Source: Lenisia limosa (Eukaryota; Protista; Breviatea). From it: a stretch of DNA of 64,000 bases. Where the stretch lies: the NCBI GenBank assembly GCA_001655205.1, contig LPNZ01007402.1, forward strand, positions 1 to 64,000, in the 5' to 3' direction. The first letter of the stretch is position 1. Each line of letters begins with the position of its first letter. The translations under genes and the position numbers were made by a program. Shown here one piece after another: positions 23,312-33,875 of the stretch. The notes beneath the pieces were generated by a model that saw only the letters and a list, made by a program, of their open reading frames with translations, had not been told where the DNA came from and ran no database searches.

Positions 23312-23391
23312 CTCTTTTTCGGATTCACATTTATGTGTTTCCTTTTACCACAACAGTGTTTTTTAACACTAACCTTCAATTTCCTAAAACA
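23312..23391 (+). promoter_or_regulatory. H2B 3' UTR conserved 80-nt element containing a histone-type stem-loop (23355-23370)
   Basis: Hairpin AGUGUU-UUUU-AACACU about 69 nt after the stop codon; basal pair is A-U here versus G-C in the H2A copy. Confidence 0.8.
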
Positions 23392-23759
23392 ATTTGTATT
23401 CATTGAATGTGACGGATTTGGATCTTCACATCCTCTACAGAGCATACAACCAGGCATTAAAAAAAGAAAGGCCATCATTATTGATAGAAAATTGTTCCAG
23501 GATCTGGAATTTTACCGTTTCCAAAATCTCCCTTTTTATCAGTATTTTTCTGCTTATTTTAATTTACTTTATCATTATTGTTTACTTTATATATCAATCA
23601 GTCACTATTTTGTTAATTTATCGCAATAGTGTATTCATTTATTTCTCTAAGACCAATTTCACGCATATTGAAGGCCTAATCATTATCAAATAAAATACAG
23701 ACAGTAGAACTAATCAATACAAGCAGGCTTTTACCTTATACGCACCTCAGTGGTGGAAC

Positions 23760-26700
23760 ATGGGCTGTGGAAGTAGCAAGTCTTCCAGTTCAGTAAATGA
23801 ACCGATTAAAAGACCAGAAGAACAGCAACAACAGAGGCCACCTCCAGGAACTCAAGTTGAATCAGGTTGGGTAGGCCCAGTGTCTTATTCTATAGACAAC
23901 AAGACCCCTCCTCCAGCCGACTCTGCTGCTTCTCAAGAAGCTATAGTGGAAGATGATTTTTCCGATATCAATAATGACGAAACAGCAAAAGAAACATCAG
24001 GTTAGCTCCTCACTCAGTCTTTTGTTTTTCATAACGCTTGCTTCAATTAACCCATCAGATGGCTTCAAGGCTCTCTTTGGAGAGGTTACATCAGTTGGAG
24101 CCCATTCAAGAGAAGAGAGTGGGTGGGAGTGTCATGATGTTCTTGGGTTTCTTTGACCATGTTTTTTGGCCGGGTTTGCCTCTTTTCTGCCAATCATCAA
24201 AGGAATGCACATAATTGAGGTTCCAATTTTATCACTCTGAACACTCAAATCTTTAAACCCAAGTAATTTGCTGTGGGAATATTATTGTTTTAGAATGATG
24301 GGGATTGTTGAAATTTACGCCCCCTAAATTAATCCCCTGTTTGATTCAACCCACACCTCCAATGGTATTATTTTTGGAGCCACTTTTTGGTTTCACGTTG
24401 CAGTTATGATGTCGTTCATCCCCCCATCCCTTGGGCGCATTGTTGCCAATCAGGCTATCAAACCGGCAACATGTATGTGTATTAGGCTCAATTAAATTCA
24501 AATCTCCGAGTTTAATTTATAATCCGATTGTTCTTCTGAATGCTGATTTAGTATTTGTTTGAGGGTTGCTGGTACATTTTGAATAAATGACTGTGATTTG
24601 ATTTTGAGATTCAGTGTTTCACCTTATAGTCAAATGGACAGGCGCCATTCTTATGGTTGACATCAGTGGCTTTACGCCCATTATGGCGACAATGAACTCA
24701 TGGGCTCGATGGGCCAAGTAAGCTTCCTCTCCAATACGCGCATTTCTTTTACTCTTTCTTTTTACCTACCACACGACCGCAGTATTATTTTGGAAGAATT
24801 TATTCTCTTTTCTTTCAATTAAGTCTATGCTCTTTACGACATTAGATGGCCCCGAATCCTGTCAGAGTATTTTGAGCGAATGATGCATTGCGTGTCATGT
24901 TTCGACGGCGAAGTTCTCAAATTCGCAGGAGACTCCTTAATCGTGGGTCTGGGTCAAGTTCGGTTCAACGAAGGGTTCGTGATTCACTTCTAAATATGAT
25001 GCGTTTTATGAAACTACTTCCTTTATGTTACATTGATAGGTTGGCTTTAAAGTCAAGAAAGGTATGGACGCAAATGAAGCGGCCAATAAAGCCTGTCATG
25101 CCGCCGCAGCCATCCTTTCAACTTGCGACAACTTTGTTCCTGATGAGGGCGTGTTGTGGGGGGGGGGGGGANNNNNNNNNNNNNNNNNNNNNNNNNNNNN
25201 NNNNNNNNNNNNNNNNNNNNNNNNNNNNNNNNNNNNNNNNNNNNNNNNNNNNNNNNNNNATATCGATAATTTTAGACGATTTATCGAGAAATTCAGTCTT
25301 TTTTTTCTAACCGAAGCGAAGCCCTAGGAACAGAGGAACAGTGGCTATAGTGTCAATCTGCAAATAATACTCAATCATTCCAAGATGTCGTAATGGGCCA
25401 TGGCTTAACCTTTTACCAGGTTCCGAGTCCACGCCGGGCTGACTTTCGGACCTGCTTCCGAGGTTATTGTCGGACAAGCTCAGCGGTTTGGGGATACTGC
25501 GGCTTCTTCCTGAATCCATTCGTCGTATAATCGGGCTTATCATGGTAGATTCGAATATTTCCTTGCTGGGGGCACCCTCGTTCGGGCTGGAGAATGTGCC
25601 AACACTGCCAGTTCAGGGCAAATCGTCACTGACTCAAGTATCATTGATTTGCTTGGTATGTCATTTTTCAATCTCAAAAGACAAATCGGTCATTGTAACG
25701 AGAACTTATAAAATGCACCTTAAATATCTAAATTGGATAAATCTGTTCTATGGTATTGTTCAGGGTCTAGACTTCCAATCTGAATTTTTAAGCCATGCAG
25801 ATGAGTGGTTAACTCTTCAGGTCCGGAAGCTTCAACCAAGGTGATCAACTCGCTCTTCATTCTGGATGTCACTGCCCTGCCCAACCCCCTTGAACCCTCG
25901 GCCATCCCTTCAATTGTCACTTACAACCCGGCACTCAACAACACGGTGCGTTTCTTTTGACTTACGCATCTCCAAAGACAATCAAGTATATATATGTACT
26001 ATAGTATATCATATATTATTCACATTTATCGCTGTTTTATTGTATCCCTTCAGTTCCTGTCGTTTGTACCGACTTGCATTCGTGCTCAAATTTCTGATGA
26101 TGATGATGTGACAGCCGATTTCACAGCTCTGGAAACGTGGGTGCTAATGGAATTGTAAAACTGCATCTTATTGACAAACATCCTTTCATTTCTAATTATT
26201 TCAGAAATGGGAAGTTCAGTGAGGTTACGTCACTGTCCATTATCTTCGCGTCCCTTCCACCTTGCAACAAACATCAAGATATTCAGGTACTTATAATATT
26301 TTTTGTCCCTTTTTTCACTCTTTAGAACTTGGTCAATGAAGCAGTCAATATATTGACTCAACTCGGAGGTGTTATTCGCCAAATCTGCGTGGATGACAAG
26401 GTAAGCAGCACCCTTTGTTATAAAAACTGTTGACACGTGATTGATTCTTCAGGGAACAATTTTAATTGCCGGCTTCGGCTTTGGCAACATGGGCAACCCC
26501 GCAATGAACAGCAAAAAAGCCGTGGTTGCCTCGCACCTTATGAAGTCCTCCTTCATAAAAAAGGGCTACAAGTGGGAGGGGGACACTGCTTTGTTCCTCC
26601 ATATGTAGTATTAGGAATGAGGATCAAATGGTAGGGGCTGGTATCACATACAGTTAGGGTTTCACTTCAGTTTGAAAAAAAGACTGCATTTCTCGATAAA

Positions 26701-29700
26701 TCTTCGAAAATTATCGATATTTTTCGAACCTAAGTGAAGCCCTACGGACAGTAATATTACTTCTTTTCGTCAAAGCACAAAAATTAGGTGCTGTCTTGCC
26801 GTAACCAATTAGGAACCCTACATTTGGTGTGACCAGTGGCCGGGTTTTCACCGGTTCTGTTGGCTCGTCATCAAGGAGGGAGTATGCCATGGTCGGACCC
26901 ATTGTCAACACTGCGGCGCGAATCATGACACATGCTGCCAAGAATGAAAACTGTTTGTGGCTCGGATACGGAGTCAATTAAACAGCTTGTAGTACAGCAA
27001 TTGTTCTGTCGTATTTTAATGACACCTTCCTCACTTTTAAGGCATCGAAGTGGACGAGGAGACACTTTCAGCCACTATGGAAATTTTAAAAGAGCCAAAA
27101 ACTCTCAAGGCAGTTACACTCAAGGGTGGGCAAAGCTTGAGAAGAGGGGCAGATGGGTGCTTTGTTCTAAATCTTAATCATGTACTACCTCATTATGATA
27201 TTCTAGGAATTCAAAAGCCACAATTGATCGGAGTGATCGGAGAAGTGGATGTGGACGTTTTCGACAAGTTAGACGCTGAAGAGGCAATGAATGAGGGTGA
27301 AGAAGTTCCGGTGGAGGAGGAAGAGGAGTACAACGGAAGTGAGTGGGAATTAATAATTTGTTTCAGGATCAAGGTATATCTCTTCACAGTTCAGTGAAAC
27401 GGAGGATCCGACAACCGGCATTCTCGAGAGTTGCCTCCGCCGCCGCCTCTCTGACAGACGTTGATGAGGTTTGCTCTTGGCGGAATTTTTTTTAATGGTC
27501 TAATTCTAAAAAAAAACGAGTAATGTTGAGGAGAAATCAATTTCCTGCAAGGCTAAATGAAACCCTAGATTAATGATGGTCAATTTGCATCCCAAATTTC
27601 CTCTTTGTGGATTAAGTCATTTGTCACAATCTAGGCAATTGAGAAGTGCGTAACCTCTCTGAAAGAAAATCTTGAGGGGAAGGCACCCCATCTCATTATC
27701 ATTTACAACACTGTGAGCGGATATCGTTGTTCTTTTTATTGGTTAGGGATGGGAGGGAATTTTAAATCATCTTGATAATATATAATATTAGTACTATATA
27801 TCATATGATATATAGTACTATATATCATATGCACTTTTTTGCTTTCTTGAGCTTACACCCATTAATACAGGTTTGTGAGGAGGCACAAGAGTTTATCACT
27901 GGTATTCAACAAGCTTTCCCGAAGGCAATTCTCTCAGGTGGGGGTACAAAGGGGTCTTTCTATACTTTATTTTCACATTTCCATTTAGCTTCCTTCTTTC
28001 AGCGCTTACTCACATCACCAGGCGGCACCTCCGCCCCCGGAGTTTTCAGTGATGCTGGGTACTTCACTTCTCCCGCTGCCACCGTGTGGGCTCTTCATAA
28101 CCCAAAAACCGCATTCACTACCGCGTCTGTAGGAGTATGTCGGGCTTCAGTGTGTGTCCACTAAATGTAAATAATATCTTTTTCTGTTTTTTTTTTGCTC
28201 TTTTCTACTCGTTTTAGTCCATTTGATTAACATTTGACCGCTAGGTTAAAGGCAGTGGGCCTGAAGACTACTTCGAAGCTGGCCGAGTAGTTGCCACTAG
28301 TGCTGTTGACAAGGTTGGCAATTAACACTGACAGAGGCGTAACAGGGCAATTGTACAACAATTCTGTGGAGCTTTTGTGATTCTTTTTAGGTTCCAGAGA
28401 GATATGCCGGATTGCAGCCAACCATTTGCTGGCTCTATAATATCCCGGGTCTTGATGAGGTTCGCTGATGCTGATTTACTGTGACTATTCTGAAATTGTC
28501 TTGACCAAATAGGAGGTGATGAAGGGCATTTTGAGCATTGTTGGAGAAGACTGCAAGATTGTCGGAGGCAATGTAGCTGACGAGGGGCTTTCGGGACAAT
28601 GTGAGTTACTTTTGACTAAGAACTGTACAATTATCAAAGCTCAATACACACAATAAACATTTGGAAACAATGACTATCAATGACTTATTATTATGTAGGG
28701 TACTCTCAAGTGGATGGTGAAATTCTTAACAACAAAATTGCGATTGTACTCTTCTTCGGAAAGTTGAACGTCAGATCCGAGTTCGAGACCGGGTAGGTAT
28801 GGGATGAATTACTATTTACATGATCCTGTGTTTTGCGTTTGTCTCCAATGAGTTGTAGAATCTTGTTTTTTTCTACATAGTTTTTGATAACGGACCCAGT
28901 TACACGCCGACAATCACGACGGGAGTGGCTTCGAATATGGAAGGCACCAGGCTCCTAAAGACGATCGACAATCGGCCTGCTGCCGAAGTATGTCTTCTCA
29001 GTTTGAGTGAATATCAATCTGCCTATCAAAATTAAATCTATCGAAACCTTTCCATTTTGACTTCTCAAGGTTTGGAATGATTGGACAGGTGGCAAAATTG
29101 GTTCTCTTCTAGGATCTGAATCCTGTATGTGCTGTTGATGTTAATACTCAGACCTTCTGCTTTTGGGTTTAGTTGAACTTCATTTCGGATAGAAGACTGG
29201 ATAATCGAAATACGTCTATATTTGATATTACATTCCTAGCATAACTATTCAGCTGGTGTCGTCATCAAACTTTGCGGCGCAGACCCTTTCATTGCCCCCC
29301 TCGGAATTCCCATTGCGAAAAACCCTGACGGGCGCGTGCAGTACCGTCTTGTCGCCCCCATGTCAATCACTCCTGAAAACGGCATTCAACTTGGCGCTGG
29401 CATTTCTGAAGGTTGGATGGGTGCCTTTACGCAAAGTATCCCAATGCTGTAGATTCTTCTCGATTTGTGGCTGAAAGTAATCTGATTTTTTCAGGGGATG
29501 AAATTTGTCGGATGGCAGCCACTCGTGACTCCATTCTGGAGTCCATGCTGAAGTTTTTGGGTTCTTTCAATAACGTTGATGATCTATGTTGTAACTTATA
29601 CAAATAATGACATATAATATGCATGTATTCAGCTGGTCAGGACTAACAATTCAGACACACTCGCGATATGATCAATAGAACACATGACTCTCGCTTGAGA

Positions 29701-32700
29701 ATCAACGCTGGTTTGAGGGACTTCCAACCCGTATTTAATCTCCCAAAGCCATTGAAGCTAATCGTGGCAAGAATACTGATATTTTGACACATCAGGGCTG
29801 ATCATGATCTGTGGCTTCACATCCTTCCTTCTTGGTTCTGAAAGGCTGAATAAGTTTGCCCTTGCCTGCGCCGCTGAGCTCGGCGTACCTTTTATTGGGT
29901 AGGTCGTCCTCAAATAATTATTTTAGGCACATAATTTTTTTAACAATTAGTCTCCAATTATGTATTGTATTGCGTGTGTGTATGTCATCACCATATCTCT
30001 GACCCCCCAGTGCTGCGGGTCTGGGAGAGCAAGGAACCTACAGCAACCCTGCTTGCGGCTGCCTCAATATCGCTGGAAACCTGTCCTATTCATTAACCCT
30101 CTTCGTGTATCCTGAGAGTGACCTTCATTACAACTCCACGGTCAATTCTAAGGGTATGGAAGTGAGGGCTTAAATTACATTTTGACTGTATGCCTTAACG
30201 ATTATAGCAACAATTGACGTGGATCAAATGTCAGTAGTGTCTGGACAGTCAAAGGTTTCGCATACTTCGCGTACCTCCCGCGCCTCACGCGCATCCAGAG
30301 CTTCCAAACTCACATCTGGCATGGGTTTGTGTGGTTTGAAAAAAATTGCCGTTTCTTTGTTCATCCTATGATGCAGATTAGCAATTTGACATTTTAGGAA
30401 CAGTTATCCGGATGGAGGAAGACAGTCTCATTTGTCTTGTCGCCACCGCTGACGGCTACGATGACTTCAAGGACGTTCTCTTTTCTCGCACTCAGTTGGC
30501 TCTTCGGGGTCATGTTTGCTCGCGTTTTTCTCTATATTGCTAACACCCCTAGGAAAGCCATGGAGACTGTAAGCGAATGTCGCATTGTCTTGATTCAACT
30601 CTTTGCCGAGAATCTCAAACAGGGACAAAAGGCGCTTGATGTAGGCTGTTCGCTTCCATCTCTTCTTTACTGCTGATTCTTCTCACTCCAAAGGATGCAA
30701 TAGAACTCTTTGATGACGCTTTAGTGACTCTGACTGTTGTACGTTGGGGTAACATACAATGCTTGTGACTTGAAAATGACTATTTCAACAAAAAGCATTT
30801 TGGGTATTACCGTTTTAGACTGGTAATAGCGCGTTCTGTACCTCTTCAACATCCCATGGATCTCTTATCAATGGCCAAAGTAGGAAAAACTGATTTGTAA
30901 CTGGTTTTCTCCTTGAATTCTTGTAATTTGCCCATCTAGCTGGAATTGCGTCAATGGTGTACATTGCTGGGCCAGACAGTGAGGCTGCTGCCGCCGCTCA
31001 AATTGTCAACCCGGATGTAGGAGGTTCCTTTTTTGGAAATCAACCTCTGGCAGATTTACGATTTTAGGACGAAGTCAGGCTGAAAGACCTTTCAATAGAT
31101 GTGGTGGGTTGGGAGAGATAATTTTAGGAAGCATTTACATAGTAGCACCGTTTTGATTCAGTTTAGGCCCAACTCAGCATTGCGGTCACTTCGGACTGTT
31201 CGGAAGCTATCCTCGCTCAGGTTCAGGAAATGCCAGCCCCACGAAATGTGATGGAATCCTACGATCCTGGAGGTTTGCTCTTGTTATCATTTTGGACTGA
31301 TTTATTCGTTTGAACTCCATACTAATATTATATATCACATGGTATTGATGATACTTAATGATTACTCAGCTACAATTATCTTTCAGCTCCGGTTGTTGGA
31401 GGAGTCATTCTCGAAGACAAGTCGGGAGTGAGGTTTATCATCAGCTCTAAGATCGAGGGACAGAAGAGGTAAGCCCTTTATAATCATGATAGTTGGATTT
31501 TTCGTATATTATCTCAATTCTGCCTGTCACATCTTCATTCAGATTGTTCTGATTTGTTTCTCCTTTTGAACTAAAAAGCCTGGACATATCATATCTTTTG
31601 GAGTAAGGGTTTCTAACTCAGAAGAGAGACTGCCAAATCTATGTCAGGCGCCTTGGTCACAATGCTAGGTCAGATGGAGTGACTGTGCTTTTAAATTGCC
31701 TTGTCACAATATTCGATGATTTTGGTAGTATTCATTGATAATGGAACAGGTGGAAGTGGGATTGCAGCAATGGGAGAGTTGAGTCACGGCTACGCACCTA
31801 CCGGATACGAAGCCTCCACGGCAGTTGTCAATGAAACCGTTAGCAAACTCAAGTGGGTGGCTAGTGTGAATTGGGGGTGACTTTCTACGATCTTTGGTCC
31901 CAAAAAGACGAAAAATAAACTCCTCGATAATCATTATTCGCTGATACTGCAGCCAACAAGCCGCGCTAGAGCTGTATGACCAATGGACTGGTGGAGTTTT
32001 CTCACCGGCTCTCAAGTCGGAGTCTCCCTCCAAGTATAGGGTTAAATGTTTTTGGACAACACTCAAGATCACACTATTTCTATTTATAATATCATTTTTT
32101 GAGTGATTATTGTCAATTCCTGCTTTTTTGACGGAAATGACCCCGAATTTCAAATTAAGTTATTTTCCTAGGAGGGCACTAATTGGAACCTGTTTTGCTC
32201 TTGCCACAATCACGGAGAAGACGCAGGTGGTCACAGCAGTTGTCGGTGCTGCCCAATTTGGTGAGAGCATTGGGTCACTGTAAACGTGAAGCTCAATGGG
32301 CAATATATTCTAACCTTGTCTAGGACTGATTACTGGCGTGCCCCTCCCCCACAACAAGAATGCTAGCCTTGTTGCTCTCACGTCCAACTTCTTCGCCACC
32401 TCCATCGGCCAGGTCCGAGCTTTGTTTCTGTCCATATATGATATAAATGATATACCGTGACCAGAATAAGTCTTGACCAATTTTCTTTGGGAAAATCACA
32501 TAGCAAATCGGTCAAGACATATCCCGGTCACTGTATACTGTATGATATGTTTCTGGTTCAGATCTAGGATAAGAGCTGACGGTTCAGATTTCGCGCCGTC
32601 TGGGAATGGCAAGCAGAAAGGGTGGAATTGCGTCCAAGGGTCAACAGAGCATTGCCCTCGGAGGTTGGCTTTTACTCGTTTCCTTCTCAGATCTTTATTG

Positions 32701-33062
32701 GCTTTTGCATCGGTACTAATTTGCTTAGGCGAGGCTGGGAGAGGAACATGCGCATCCACACTTATCTCACTCCCCAACCGGCACGCCTCGTTGATGTCCG
32801 ATAAGGACTGGACCCATATGAACGCCGCCCTTGCGAACAGCGGAAGAAGTGGGGGGGGGGATTCGCATGTCTGATCAAGAAAATGGAGTATAGTAACTTA
32901 TCATATACCAAGTCAAAGGGAAGACGATGGGTCTTTAATTCTGTAGATAACGCGACGCTTTTGATTGCGGCCCCACAATGCTTTGGAAGAGGCGGGCTTG
33001 GCTTTGGCGCTCCGGCAATCAGTGACCTCTGCTCTTTTGCCATGGCTGTTTCATGGAGATAG
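23760..33062 (+). CDS. N-acylated class III nucleotidyl cyclase (sAC/ADCY10-type C1+C2) fused to two FIST-N/FIST-C modules
   Basis: Reading frame followed across GT-AG junctions except at the N gap at 25172-25259, where continuity is assumed. MGCGSS start. C1: GAILMVDISGFT, ILSEYF...DGEVLKFAGDSL, FRVHAGLTFGPASEVIVGQAQRFEYFLAG. C2: SEVTSLSIIFASL, GGVIRQICVDDKGTILIAGFG, FGVTSGRVFTGSVGSSSRREYAMVGPIVNTAARIM. FIST1: AIEKCVTSLKENLEGKAPHLIIIY...ILSGGTS, EEVMKGILSIVGEDCKIVGGNVAD, GYTPT...TIDNRPAAEVWNDWTGG, LGVPFIGAAGLGEQG...GNLSYSLTLF. FIST2: APVVGG, HGYAPTG...KLNQQAALELYDQWTGG. Stop TAG at 33060-33062. Confidence 0.88.
25260..25326. mobile_element. MITE-like family A copy (left part in the gap), cyclase intron
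   Basis: atatcgataattttagacgatttatcgagaaattcagtc...aaccgaagcgaagcccta. Confidence 0.75.
26655..26744. mobile_element. MITE-like family A copy, cyclase intron
   Basis: TAGGGTTTCACTTCAGTT...AACCTAAGTGAAGCCCTA; ~18-bp imperfect TIRs ending in TA. Confidence 0.82.
32451..32537. mobile_element. MITE-like family B copy 2, cyclase intron
   Basis: 31-nt TIRs with 26/31 matches (TATACCGTGACCAGAATAAGTCTTGACCAAT / ATCGGTCAAGACATATCCCGGTCACTGTATA). Confidence 0.75.
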
Positions 33063-33120
33063 GTGTATGCTACCACGTTATTCCATTATTAGCCATAGTT
33101 ACGGATTATATTTTTGATAA

Positions 33121-33197
33121 ACAGTGACCGGGATTAGTCTTAGTCGACAAAGCTCATTTCCTACAGAACAATCGGCCAAGACTTATCGCGCTGTATT
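33121..33197. mobile_element. MITE-like family B copy 3 (diverged), just 3' of the cyclase stop codon
   Basis: acagtgaccgggattagtctt...aatcggccaagacttatcgcgctgtat. Confidence 0.55.
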
Positions 33198-33875
33198 ATA
33201 CTTCACATTTATACTTTCTAATTATTCAGGTATTCAGGAGCAGTATCCAAAATGTTAGGTTAGGAATTTTTATTATGTGTTTTTTAGGGTTTTTTTTTAC
33301 GACGTTTATTTATTATGTTTTGTTGTTTGTATTTATATATCCATATGTTATCGAAGCTGTTCATGTGTACAAATAGAGAATTTGGTCTGAGCCTTCTGTG
33401 CCTTCTGTTAACATTTGGTTGCGCTTGGGCTCTCAGGCGCGCGAAGGAGGGATTTGGGGTACTTCAACGCACACAATGATCAAACAAAAACCCACGACAC
33501 AGCATCCAATTTGACAAGAAAAATGCGCTTTTGAATAAATTAGGCTTGAATGAAGTAGTAATACAAAAGTGCAATTGAAGTGTTGTCAGTTGTTTTCTCA
33601 TACCGCAATCATAGTGTGTTCTTAGCTGGTTCTTGCATGGGAGAGGCAAAAAAAAAAAAAGCAAGTGAAGCAAGCGGCACAAGGAGAAGTATTTACACAC
33701 TTAATTTGGACCAGGGCACATATTAGAGGATTATTTTTTTTGAAAAATCATCATATCGAACTGAACAACAGTAGGAAGTTAAAATAGTCACAGTTGAACG
33801 TTAGATCTTTAATAGCTGATATCAAATCTTTCTTTTTTTGCTTCATTAAAAACAGAGCTTCCTAATTCAGTTATA

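Noticed and set aside
24692-24870. Odd SWARWAKWPR segment in cyclase C1, with GLDGP/GPE in the +1 frame, hinting at frameshifting or editing
   Set aside because: The GT-AG junction already keeps the frame, no other conserved gene needs base insertions, and this loop is variable. A compensated sequencing error cannot be excluded without reads.
25800-25845. Antisense ORF reading ASGPEELTTHL, similar to a cyclase C1 helix
   Set aside because: It lies on the opposite strand across an intron/exon boundary of the cyclase, with no flanking domain motifs. Coincidence.
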